Positions 13,113 to 24,539 of a stretch of DNA of 64,000 nt are shown here, piece after piece (position 1 is the stretch's first letter; every line of letters starts with the position of its first letter). Below the pieces are notes generated by a model. The model did not search any database. It had not been told where the DNA came from and saw nothing but the letters and a program-made list of their open reading frames with translations. The translations under genes were made by a program, and so were the position numbers. The stretch is from Eledone cirrhosa (lineage: Eukaryota), in the NCBI GenBank assembly GCA_964016885.1, contig OZ024744.1:31186001-31250000 (forward strand), given 5' to 3'.

Positions 13113-14872
13113 TGCATCGATACCTGGAGACTGTCCTAAAGGCAGCTGGCTTCGGCCCCATCTTCAGATGCTGGATCGCTGCAATGCACAGCGGCATCTG
13201 CTCGGTGGTCAAAGTTAATGGCCATGTTTCGGAACTGTTTCAGATCTCCCGATCGGTCCGTCAAGGGTGCCCTCTTTCCTCCCTTTTGTACGATTTGACT
13301 CTCGAGCCTTTACTGCGGAAGCTGGAGCTGTTGAAGGGCATCCAGCTCGAACCAGGACTCGGAAAGGGTGTGTCGACTTATGCGGACGACATCACAGTGA
13401 TGGTGCCGAACACCTCTGGAATCGAGGTGGTCGGGATCTCATTGGAGGAATTTGAAAGGTTGACGGGAGCGAAACTTAACCCGAAAAAGTCAGTGGGCTG
13501 CAGCTCGGCACCTGGCAAGTCCATGCCGTCCAACAGCGTCGTTGGTGCTGGAAGGACGGACCGGTAAAGTTGCTTGGGGTTTGGTTCGGATAAGAATTTG
13601 GACGAGGTAACGAGCAGGGTAGCTAGTCTCACCCAGAAATGGGCCAAGAGGAAACTGTCACTGAGAGGTCGGCTGGAGGTGTCGAACGCGTACATCGCGT
13701 CCATCATCTACTACTGCCTGACTGTCATGCCTTGCCCTCGTTCACGCCTTGCCAAATTGAACGGCTCCTCTTCAACTTCTTGTGGTGGGGACAGGTTTCG
13801 CAGTCCATCTGCTGCCAACACCCTCTACGTGGAGGGCTGGACATTCTGTGGATAATGATGCACAAACATGTGCTGAGGCTCAGGTATCTCCAGATATTCT
13901 GCCTAAACGGTGAACAAGTGTGGTCACCGTTTATCAGACGGGCCTTTCTACAGCTCGTCTCTTTGACTGAGTTGCAGTCCTGGGTCAAGAAGAGACCGAA
14001 CTGGGTGACTGGTATCCGGAATGTTGCCAGGCACACACTGCCCTCTACCAGGTGGGCAATACCGTCAGTACAATTTCCACTCTTGAGTTCTATAGAGGAT
14101 TAGTGGTGAGTAAGTGTGACCACACCCTCGGAGAGGCTCTCTGCGTCGACGAAGTGGAACTGACCTGTCTGTTCCGGAGGACTTTTGAGTCAGGTACGAT
14201 GGATAACCTCCGAAAATCCCTCGCTTGGCAGTGCTACCGGAGGGGCACTGCCGGTTCGAGATTAACTCTACAGGCACGGAAGTGATGTCAGATGGACTTG
14301 CCCGAGATGTGCGCAGAACGACGAAACCGTTCTGCACGCACTCATCCAGTGTCTGTGCATTACTGACTTGTCGAGTTATGTCGAGCAAGATCGACCCGCC
14401 GCCTTCTTTTGGCCAGGAAGGGCAGGCAATGTTCCTCTGTCTGGTGGCAGTAGCGAGAGAGGTTGTATGGTGGACGAGGTTGAAAGGACTGAAGACAGAC
14501 AGTTTTCTCTTCGGTCAAGTTTCACTTGGAAAGGAAGGTGAGGGTGGAGAGAGAAGTTCTTCCCCCCCAGTATATTTGCTGAAAAGTGAGTGAATGTGGT
14601 CAGAGTGGCCATTGTGAAAGGGCCAGCTCTGAGCATGCGCCAGTAGGCTGATTAATTTGAGCAGGAGAGAGGTTCCCTTTCCGAGTGCCCTCGAAGCGTC
14701 GGGTGGTTCAGGATTTATGGGGTAGCTGGGTGGTTATCCCCCCCCCCCCTATCGGGGAATATTCATTTTTGTATTTTTCTTGTTATTTATATTTTTTACA
14801 CATTATATATGTAAACTCCCACTGTCCCTGTCTTTGTATTGTCCCCTATATGTCGGCCCTGGGGGCCAATAC

Positions 14873-14915
<43 letters not shown>
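13113..14915 (+). mobile_element. Second Tx1-type LINE 3' fragment with (TTA)n tail
   Basis: HRYLETVLKAAGFGP, VRQGCPLS, YADD; homologous to the 4.6-7.6-kb copy; frameshifted. Confidence 0.92.
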
Positions 14916-15414
14916 GCTATTAGTATGTTTATTGTTCATCATTTCTGCCTTACCGAGCACAGCTTGTGCGCCTTGGGCATGAGAAGTGTAGTTTTTGCTG
15001 GTGTTGTTTCTATTGTATTGATAGTGTTTTTCGTAATAGCTATCACATTTGAAGACATTACTTGCTTTCTCTTGTAACTCCTGGGTGAGTGGTAAGGGCG
15101 CCATATTGACATACGGCGTTCCTAGAGCACTTTTTAAAATATAGCGAAGCCCATATTTCCTCCAGATTTGAATGCCGCAGATTTCTTTCATGGAAGGATA
15201 GAGAGAGTGAGAGAAAGGAAGTGAGAAAGAGATAGAGAGGAAGAATCTACCCCGGTGTCGGACTGGTACTTTATTTATTGACATCGAATGGATGATAATT
15301 GTGAGAGGGTACACGCTCCTGGTGGTCAGGGTGATTGTCGATCTGTAGTGTCCGTCAATTAATCTCTCTATAACAGAAAGACCGAATACCTTATGTATTT
15401 ACACAAGTTAGGTA

Positions 15415-15823
15415 TCTATATATATAAAAGCAAGTCGGTCTGTATGTGTGTGTATCTGTCTGTGTACAAACACTAGGCTCCTTTTAACTTTTTAAGTACT
15501 AGGCCGATTTCAACCAAATTATGCACACATGTTGCTTATATGCCAGAGCAGGTTTTGGACCAAAAAAAATTTGAAAAAAATCGATATTGGGGCCGAAAAA
15601 TCGATTTTGTGTGTGTATCTGTCTGTGTACAAATACTAGGCTCCTTTTAACTTTTGAAGAACTAGGCCGATTTGGCACGTGCTATTTAGGCGACCTCTCA
15701 TTGGCTAGCCAATTAGCTGACATAAGCTGACATGCACTCACAAATTGCTAGCTGAGCCATAAACGACCTTGAACAATTCAGGCTGTCATTCATTTCCCGA
15801 ACAACGCCGAGTACATCTGCTAG
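15415..15823 (+). mobile_element. Short non-autonomous Helitron
   Basis: A|TCTATATATATAAAA start, cccgaacaacgccgag hairpin, CTAG|T end; internal ~65-bp duplication. Confidence 0.8.
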
Positions 15824-15930
15824 TACTATATATACCTAACTTGTATACTACAAAGTCCACAAAAAATGTATACACCACACATCAGGAAAAGAAAAACTTT
15901 TCTAAATATTTAATTTGTTTGAATACCTCC

Positions 15931-16026
<96 letters not shown>

Positions 16027-16125
16027 TTAAAGGTTAAACAAGGTTCGATGAATAAATATACTTGATCACACGAATGTCTATTTTTGTTAATATTTTGAAT
16101 TAATATATATATATATATATATATA

Positions 16126-16184
16126 GTTATGTAATAAACAACATAAGATAATTATTTCATTTACCAGTGGTTTCTTGAAAGCAA
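16126..16184 (-). mobile_element. Family E hammerhead element fragment (3' half of ribozyme only)
   Basis: Matches 58296-58352; broken by (CA)n at 16185-16341. Confidence 0.65.
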
Positions 16185-16220
16185 CACGCACACACACACA
16201 CGCACACACACACACACACG

Positions 16221-16318
<98 letters not shown>

Positions 16319-16560
16319 ACACACACACACCACACACACACAAGATACATTTCCATGTTGAGATATCTTGATTCAAGAAATGTACTGTTGAATAATTTAA
16401 TATATGTATATATATTGTTGTTGTTGTTTTCTGAAGTATGTTTATATTGGCGGACTCTGTATATATACATATTACCTCCAGGCTTGTAACTTCCCTTTTT
16501 AGTGTCTCTTTCACACGATGTCTTTGTGGCAAATAAAAGAAATTATAATTATTATGGAGA

Positions 16561-16825
16561 GGCGAGGTTAACTTTGCCTTTCATCCTTACGGGCTCGATA
16601 AAATAAAGTACCAGTAATACACTGGGTAATTGCTGGCCTTGTGCAAAAGTAGACACAATTATTATGGAGAGGCGGTTATGAGTTCAATCCCCGCCAAGGG
16701 TAGATGTGCTTTTTATCCTTACGGGGTTGATAAAATAAAGTACCATTAATCTACTGAGGTTGATTTGATCAACTTTCGCTTCCCCCTAAATTGTTGGTTC
16801 TTTTCCTAAAACAGAATAAATTATT
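16561..16825 (+). mobile_element. Two truncated SINE copies
   Basis: SINE body and tail consensus. Confidence 0.75.
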
Positions 16826-17769
16826 CTGGAGAAGCAGGTACATGCCACCTAACAGCGTCTTCGGTGAATAGGAAATGGGGCAAGGTAATGAACAAGGTGG
16901 CCAGTCACACCTAGAAATGGGCCGAGACGTAACTATCCCTGAAAGATCGGGCTGAGGGTAGAAATCCCTGGCCTGGCAATGCTACCGGGAGCATTTTTGT
17001 CACGTGTAAGGCACGTCTGGTTATCAGCTGAGTCCATCGTGAAGATTGCCCCACCGCCTTCATTTACCCGGGAAGGGCAGATAGTTTTTACCTGACTGGT
17101 GGTCATGAGGAAAAAGGTCATGTGGTGAACACTTGAAGAGGAAAATCAGAGTGGCAAGGTAAGTGCTGCTTTCCATCCTATTTGTTGAAAGGTGAGTGAC
17201 GAGTATGGTTCACGTGTGTGGACCTGCTCTGAGTAAACACCTATAGTTTGGAGGAGGACAACTGAGAGGGGGCACATGGCATAGCAGTCAGGGGGACTGT
17301 GGCTTTTTGAGGGCTTTCTCTACAAGTGACCCACGTAGGTCGCCCCCTCCCCCACCGAACGCACACAAACTATTGGGAAATTTACTTTGAAATTTTTTAG
17401 TTATTTTTTATAACCCTTTTAGACACAAACACCCACACTATATAGTCTTGTGCCGTGTTTAGTGTTTTCTTAATCTTAACCCGAGTGACTAATAAAGACA
17501 CCTGTAGTCTAGCGGCTAGAACAGGGAGAAGGTACTGCCTTTGGCGTGTATGTGTCAGAGTTGTAGAGGAGGGATCCTCACTGCCTCTATGTGTCCACTC
17601 CGTCCTTAATTTTGAGGGGGATAATTTCTTGTTAATTTGTTGCTAGTCATTGATATATATTTAATTAATATTGAAGGCCCATGGTTTAGTGATCGGGGTA
17701 TTGAACTTGCAATCATCTGGTAATGGATTCAATTTCTGGATTGTACAGCACGTTGTGATCTTTCCGGAT

Positions 17770-18640
17770 ATGGCTGGTTGAATATATATCATTAAAACAC
17801 CAAGAAACTTCTTGTGAGATACAATGTTATAGGAGGCCAGCTAAATCAACATAGGTATGAACTGTAACAACATGATCTAGAGGCGGTAAATTGGCAGTAT
17901 CAGTAGAGGATCGGACGCCATTCTTTCCAGCATAGTTACGTCCCTTTACGGTCTGAATTCAAATCCGTCGAGGTTAACTTTGCCTTTCATCCTTATGGAG
18001 TCGATAAAATAAAGTACCAGTAATACACTGGTTAATTGCTGGCCTTGTGCCAAAAGTAGAAACAATTATGTAAAGTGTTGATAGGACTGGGGTGTCTATT
18101 ATGAAAACACTCAAGAAACCTCCAATGAGATACAATCTTGGAGAAGACCAGCTACACCAGCATAGGTGTGAGCTATAACAGCAAGTAGAGTGTTGATAAG
18201 ACTGGTGTACCTTTCATTAAAACACCCAAGAAACGAGATACAACCTTGTAGAGGACCAGTTAAACTTACATAGGTGTGAATTGGAACAACATCAATATGT
18301 AGAATGTTGATAGGACTGGGTTCCCAATCATTAAATCACATGTGAAACCTTATATGAGATATAAACTCCTAAGGGGTTAGTTAAACCTATATGGTTATGA
18401 ACTGTAGCAACAATATATCAAGTGTTGAGAGAACTGAAGGCCTTATCAATAAAATACCTAAGAAACTACCTATGAGATATATCATAGAAAATCAGCCAGA
18501 CATACATAGGTGTGAGTTGTAACTACAACATGTAGAGTGTGGAGAGGACCCCTATCATTGAAACACACAAGAAACGTCCCATAAAATACAATTGCGTAAG
18601 TGGCCAGGCAAACCGACATAGGTATGAGCTGTAAATTTCA
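17770..18640. repeat. Degenerate ~115-bp tandem repeat interrupted by a SINE (17881-18068)
   Basis: gtgttgata-like starts at ~18075, 18190, 18305, 18422 and 18537. Confidence 0.8.
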
Positions 18641-18643
18641 TTT

Positions 18644-18955
18644 CGAGGGTTGGACGCTATGCTTTGCAGCATAGTGTTACAGCCCTTTACATTCTGAGTT
18701 CAAATCCCGCCGAGGTTAACTTTGCCTTTCATCCTTAAGAGGTTGATATAATAAAGCACCTGTAATACACTGGGATAATTGCTGGCCTTGTGTCCAAAAT
18801 TAAAACAATTATTAATGAAGATATTTGGCTTAGTGGTTAGAGAGTTACATTCGCAATCGTGAGGTTGCGGGTTTGATTAACCGGACCGGGCGATGTGTTA
18901 TGTCCTTGAGCAAGACACTTTATTTCACGTTGTTCCTTCTGCCAGGAGTTGTGAC
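18644..18955 (+). mobile_element. Main-family SINE followed by a second tRNA-derived SINE family
   Basis: 18644-18812 main SINE; 18827-18955 tggcttagtggttag...gtccttgagcaagacactttatttcacgttg, with related sequence at ~45095-45180 and 45860-45880. Confidence 0.7.
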
Positions 18956-19229
18956 CGGTAGATAGTATCAGCAATGGGAACATTGTTTCCTTGGTCCAAT
19001 TTGAGGAGTTCCACCCCACTCGGTAATCGAATAAGGTCTGGGAATTTGTCGATCGATTCCTTACCTTTAATGAAGGATCACTTGGAATCGTTCACAAAAT
19101 AAGTACATATTGTAAGTACGAGTTGTACGTGTTTGTTAAATGAGTTGATCTGAGTTTGTGTTGAAACTGAAGCAATTACTTCGTAGAAGAATCATTTTAG
19201 CCATTCAGAACTACTACTACTTCTTCTTC

Positions 19230-19519
19230 TGTGGCAAACTCCCTCGAGCCTCTGCCCTTCTAAAATCCCGGAGAGCTCAATTTGCTGGCCACTGTCACCG
19301 TGCCAGCAATGAAATCATATCCGCTCTCTTGCTCTGGAACCTTGACTCCAGCCTGACTAGGAGTAGGAAGCTGTCATTCCCTGACGTTATCTCTAGGGAT
19401 ACGGGAATCAGTAGACAGGACCTGGGGGCAGCGATGGGGGACGGGGAATTCTGGGGCATGAGAGTGAGATCCATCATCTCGACAGTAGTCGACGAATGAT
19501 GATGATGATGATGATGATG

Positions 19520-19520
<1 letters not shown>
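19230..19520 (+). mobile_element. RTE-clade LINE 3' fragment with (GAT)n tail
   Basis: SRRAQFAGHCHRASNEIISALLLW...DVISRDTG...LGAAMGDGEFW. Confidence 0.8.
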
Positions 19521-19550
<30 letters not shown>

Positions 19551-19799
19551 CTTCTTCTTCTTCTTCTTCTTCTTCTTCTTCTCGTTTCGATTTTGATAAA
19601 ATAAATAAGTTATTTTCTCACTTCCACCCCCTCCTACGTACGGCTAAATTTCAGCTCTTGCTGTGTCTATATTAAAAATCACTATTTTCGCTTCTCAAAA
19701 TGATCTCCCCTTAGGTTACTTTTAATGTAAGGAATTCAGAGACAAATAAAAATAACTATTACCTTGTAGGAAATATTTACAAGATAGATCATTATCATT

Positions 19800-21810
19800 G
19801 TGACAACAATGGAACATTCCTGAAAAAGTCTCTTCACAATTCACGATGTTCCATTGCTCCTGTTAACTGTTCCCTACTGAAGTTTCCATCATCTGAGAGT
19901 TGATCGATGATGGTTTAAACAGGTCTTCCTCGACTGTCTCTCCTGTGAGTTGGTTCCCACAATAGTAACTTGTGTATAACATGCTCTACTGTCTCTCCTG
20001 TGAGTTGGTTCCCACAATAATAACTTGTGTATAACATCCTCGACTGTCTCTCCTGTGAGTTGGTTCCCACAATAGTAACTTGTGTATAACTCCCTCTACT
20101 GTCTCTCCCGTAAGTTGGTCCCCACAATAGTAACTTGTGTATAACATGCTCTACTGTCTCTCCTGTGAGTTGGTTCCCACAATAGTAACTTGTGTATAAC
20201 TCCCTCGACTGTCTCTCCCGTAAGCTGGTCCCCACAATAGTAACTTGTGTATAACATGCTCTACTGTCTCTCCTGTGAGTTGGTTCCCACAATAGTAACT
20301 TGTGTATAACATCCTCTACTGTCTCTCATGTGAGTTGGTTCCCACAATAGTAACTTGTGTATAACATCCTCTACTGTCTCTCTTGTGAGTTGGTTCCCAC
20401 AATAGTAACTTGTGTATAACATCATCTACTGTCTCTCCCGTAAGTTGGTCCCCACAATAGTAACTTGTGTATAACATGCTCTACTGTCTCTCCTGTGAGT
20501 TGGTTCCCACAATAGTAACTTGTGTATAACTCCCTCGACTGTCTCTCCCGTAAGCTGGTCCCCACAATAGTAACTTGTGTATAACATGCTCTACTGTCTC
20601 TCCTGTGAGTTGGTTCCCACAATAGTAACTTGTGTATAACATCCTCTACTGTCTCTCATGTGAGTTGGTTCCCACAATAGTAACTTGTGTATAACATCCT
20701 CTACTGTCTCTCTTGTGAGTTGGTTCCCACAATAGTAACTTGTGTATAACATCATCTACTGTCTCTCCTGTGAGTTGGTTCCCACAATAGTAACTTGTGT
20801 ATAACTTCCTCTACTGTGTCTCTCCTCAGTTCCCACAATAGTAATTTGTGTATAACTTCCTCTACTCTGTCTCCCGTGACGTGGTTCCCACAATAGTAAC
20901 TTGTGTATAACTTACTATACTGTGTCTCCCGTGACGTGGTTCCCACAATAATAACTTGTGTATAACTTCCTCTACTCTATCTCCCGTAAGTTGGTTCCCA
21001 CAATAATAACTTGTGTATAACTTCCTCTACTGTATCTCCCGTGAGTTGGTCCCCACAATAATAACTTGTGTATAACTTCCTCTACTGTATCTCCTGTAAG
21101 TTGGTCCTCACAATAGTAACTTGTGTATAACTTTCTCTACTGTGTCTCCCGTAAGTTTGTTCCCACAATAATAACTTGTGTATAACTTCCTCTACTGTAT
21201 CTCCCGTGAGTTGGTCCCCACAATAATAACTTGTGTATAACTTCCTCTACTCTATCTCCCGTGAGTTGGTTCCCACAATAGTAACTTCTGTATAACTTCC
21301 TCTACTCTATCTCCCGTAAGTTGGTTCCCACAATAGTAACTTGTGTATAACTTCCTCTACTGTGTCTCCCGTGACGTGGTTCCAACAATAGTAACTTGTG
21401 TATATGTGTATAACATCCTCTACTGTCTCTCCTGTGAGTTGGTTCCCACAATAGTAACTTGTGTATAACTTCCTATACTGTGTCTCCCGTGACGTGGTTC
21501 CCACAATAGTAACTTGTGTATAACTTCCTCTACTGTGTCCCCCGTGACTTGGTTCCCACAATAATAACTTGTGTATAACTTCCTCTACTGTATCTCCCGT
21601 AAGTTGGTCCCCACAATAGTAACTTATATATAACATACTCTACTGTCTCTCCCGTGAGTTGGTCCTCACAATAGTAACTTGTGTATAACTTCCTCTACTG
21701 TATCTCCCGTAAGTTGGTTCCCACAATAGTAACTTGTGTATAATGTCCAGTAAATCGTAATCATCTTTGAGCAACTGTTGTAAACTTATCACCGCTTTTT
21801 ATCTGTTTCT
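19800..21810 (-). mobile_element. RTE-clade LINE 3' fragment containing an amplified 55-bp segment
   Basis: Minus-strand flanks read QR*LRFTGH and RGRPV*TIIDQLSDD...QLTGAMEHREL; the repeat unit reads VIHKLLLWEPTH. Confidence 0.72.
19928..21743. repeat. 55-bp minisatellite, ~33 copies, with a 330-bp (6-unit) internal duplication
   Basis: cccacaata at 19956, 20011 and 20066; identical ORF starts at 20292 and 20622. Confidence 0.96.
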
Positions 21811-21949
21811 ACATTAACAATGTAACTTCACATTTTTTTCTGAATATTTTATTTATGGAATATATCATGTAAAAACAATCTAATAGAAAAAGAAAAATAA
21901 TAGATCGAGAAGAAAGAATGGAATATTAAATAAGAAAATATAAAAAAAG

Positions 21950-22335
21950 GAAAAGGGAGGGAAAGACAAGGACTCTAGTGTCACAGAAGAATGGGGAAGG
22001 AGAGGGAAAGACAAGGACTATAATGTCTCAAAAGAACGGGGAAGCGGAGCAGGAGGGTGATTGGGCTCTAGACCTAGGACGCGGCGGTAATGGGGCTGCG
22101 CCCCGCAGACAGGACCGCAAAAGCATCCCCGCGTACGATGGCCAGTGACACCCGCTGCAACAGCTACTCAACCTCGTGGGGGTGCTTCTTCAGACGGGCC
22201 TCAGACGTTCCGATCTTGCGGAAGAGCTCGACAATACGAGTTCCAAGTACGCCTGAGGTTTTGACGGTGACCGGTCCAAAGAGGAAGGGGCCGAACAATC
22301 CCCGGTATTCGTTTATCTCCCTTTCCTCTGCATTG
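21950..22335 (-). mobile_element. CRE-like non-LTR retrotransposon C-terminal (restriction-like endonuclease) fragment
   Basis: Minus strand reads FGPVTVKTSGVLG...FRKIG...E*LLQRVSLAIVRGDAFAVL, resembling the QRxSxAIQRGNA end of CRE elements. Confidence 0.65.
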
Positions 22336-22442
22336 TTATTTTAAGGTTTAAAAAATGAACCCAGATGCAAAAATAAACCAACTAAAACTGAATTTTATGG
22401 ATTTCAACCACCGAGTGGCTGAAACTTACCATTGACTAGTGC

Positions 22443-22989
22443 AAAGGTTCTTGAAGTGGGCGCTACTGCTCCCTGGGGGACGTTGAGAAGGTCTGGGGGC
22501 GCTGGTGCTTAAAGGGGTAGAGGGGCAGCGGTAGAGATTATATAATAGTATATTAAATATCAAATGATACATATAAATATAGTAAAATAAAAAATATATA
22601 ATATTTATTTATACATAGTATATATAATATTGTAGGCACACGGTAGTTGTACACATACGGTAGACAACAGAGGCCACGTATTGTTCCTATCCGACTCAAA
22701 ACGTTTCCCCTCGGAAAAACTCCAGTTGATGGATGCGAAATCCGAAATATAGGGACAATTAAATCACTTCCAAGGTAACACTACCTCGTGTTATTATTTT
22801 TACACTCTTTCCTACGTTCCTCTAAACCATATATTATATTATTTATTATATATAAATTAACGATTTTATTAATTATATATTATTTATAATTTTCGTTTAG
22901 GCAGGTCTCTCTAGAAATAAGTGTAGGCCGCTGAGGGTATTAGGCGGTCGTGAAGGCGGTGGTGGCCCCAAATGTTTGAGAAGCTAGTG
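22443..22989. mobile_element. Degenerate hAT-like MITE
   Basis: Left end aaggttcttgaagtgggcgctactgctccctggggg, right end aaatgtttgagaagctagtg; resembles CAGTGGTTCTCAAA-type termini. TSD not resolved. Confidence 0.5.
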
Positions 22990-23398
22990 TAACCACTTCA
23001 AGTGATGTCATTGGACAATATTTCTGTTCACCAAGTGTATTTTAGCTAAGGCTAGTTGACAATTCCATATATTGTAAAAGATCTACCAACTATAAACAAC
23101 ATCGTTGAATATATGGAGGTTAAGATAAGATTCAACAGAACCTCCTGTCTGTTTTACAGCGTTCCTTGCTCCACATTTTTTCTTTACCTTTTCTATGCTT
23201 ATTTTGCCTCCAGTTGGCCTTCCATATTTATTTTAAAAACATTTTTATATCATATTTTATTTATATTTTTAAATTCATTTATCTCTGTATATCTTGTTTT
23301 TGTTTCTCAACTGTAATAAGTACTAGCTACTTCCTCTAGTCTGTAATGACTTACTAGCTCTGTACGGACATTTAAATTGATTAAATAAATAAACGAAT

Positions 23399-23824
23399 AG
23401 GCTACTTTGTTGGTCCCGGTAAAATAGTCAAATAAATGCTTTTAAAGCTTATTTTACCGGTCTCCGGTAAATATAAATAGTGTTAGTGTTGGGTTAGGGT
23501 TAGGGTTTAAATTGTCTTAATAATTGATGGTGAAAATATACTTGTGTGTGTTGTTATAACAGTACCTGCCTTCATAATAATGGTTTCTGATTTAGGCACA
23601 AGGCCAACACATTTGGGAGAGGGGACAGTCAATTAAATCGACCCCCATGCATTACTGGTGCTTCATTGATCAACCCCTTAAGGATGAAAGGCAAAGCTAA
23701 CCACGGCGGAATTTGAACTCAGAAGGCAAAGGGCTGCAAATCTATTTTGCAAAGCATGGTGTTTGACACTCTTACCGGTAAAACAACTTGGAGATCTATT
23801 TCACCGGGACCGGCAAAATAACCT
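23399..23824. mobile_element. MITE with ~29-bp TIRs, internal GGGTTA repeats and a nested SINE (23578-23778, minus)
   Basis: aggctactttgttggtcccggtaaaatag versus the reverse complement of ctatttcaccgggaccggcaaaataacct. Confidence 0.7.
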
Positions 23825-24187
23825 CTTCCATAAATAAATAAATAAATAAATGAATAAATAAATGTTGTTAGAGAGCATGTCGACCCTTAATTGTTGAGTT
23901 TACAAACTAATTATGAGAGAGATCTGTGATTACTCATTCACTGACTTAGTTTTGAAGAAAAATACATATTTAAATGTGTTCGCAGAGAGACCCGTATAAT
24001 TAGTCCGGGTGTGTTACGGTTATTTAGTATAGGACTTTTATTGGAGGGGCAAAATCACCTTTACAGGCATATAGATAGATTTCGACGATTACAAGCTAGC
24101 TGTTGAGGTGGAAGCTGTATGGTGGTATATTTACAGTTGTAGTGTTTGATGTGGCGAGCGATGTTGTCAACACAGGAACAATTGACA

Positions 24188-24355
24188 ATAATTGTTTCTA
24201 CATTTGGCACAAGGCCACCAATTATCCAGTACATTACTGGTACTTTATTTTATCGACCCCGTAAGGATGAAAGGCAAAGTTAACCTCGGCGGGATTTGAA
24301 CTCAGATCGTAAAGGGACGTAACTATGCTGGAAAGCATGGCGTCCGACTCTCTAC
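24188..24355 (-). mobile_element. SINE (main family)
   Basis: SINE consensus on the minus strand. Confidence 0.85.
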
Positions 24356-24539
24356 CTACATTGACTTGACATTAATGTTAGGTGGGTTGTGCAACTTATG
24401 CAATTTATGAGTAAATTGAAAATTATGTCTTAATGAAACTAAGAAATACTTGGTTATATTTTCTGATGAATTCTACGTTGTTTGGTGGATTAAAACATAT
24501 TCAGCTTCTTGTTATACATTACTTAGTTTTCACTCTATC

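Noticed and set aside
19915-21636. Repetitive ORFs in the 55-bp array as a host gene
   Set aside because: The unit is not a multiple of 3 and is explained by RTE-derived amplification.
23490-23508. Telomere or interstitial telomeric array
   Set aside because: Only ~3 units, inside a MITE.
24455-24510. CTGATGA..hairpin..AAAAcatattc hammerhead
   Set aside because: GAAA is mutated and stems I and III are not convincing.
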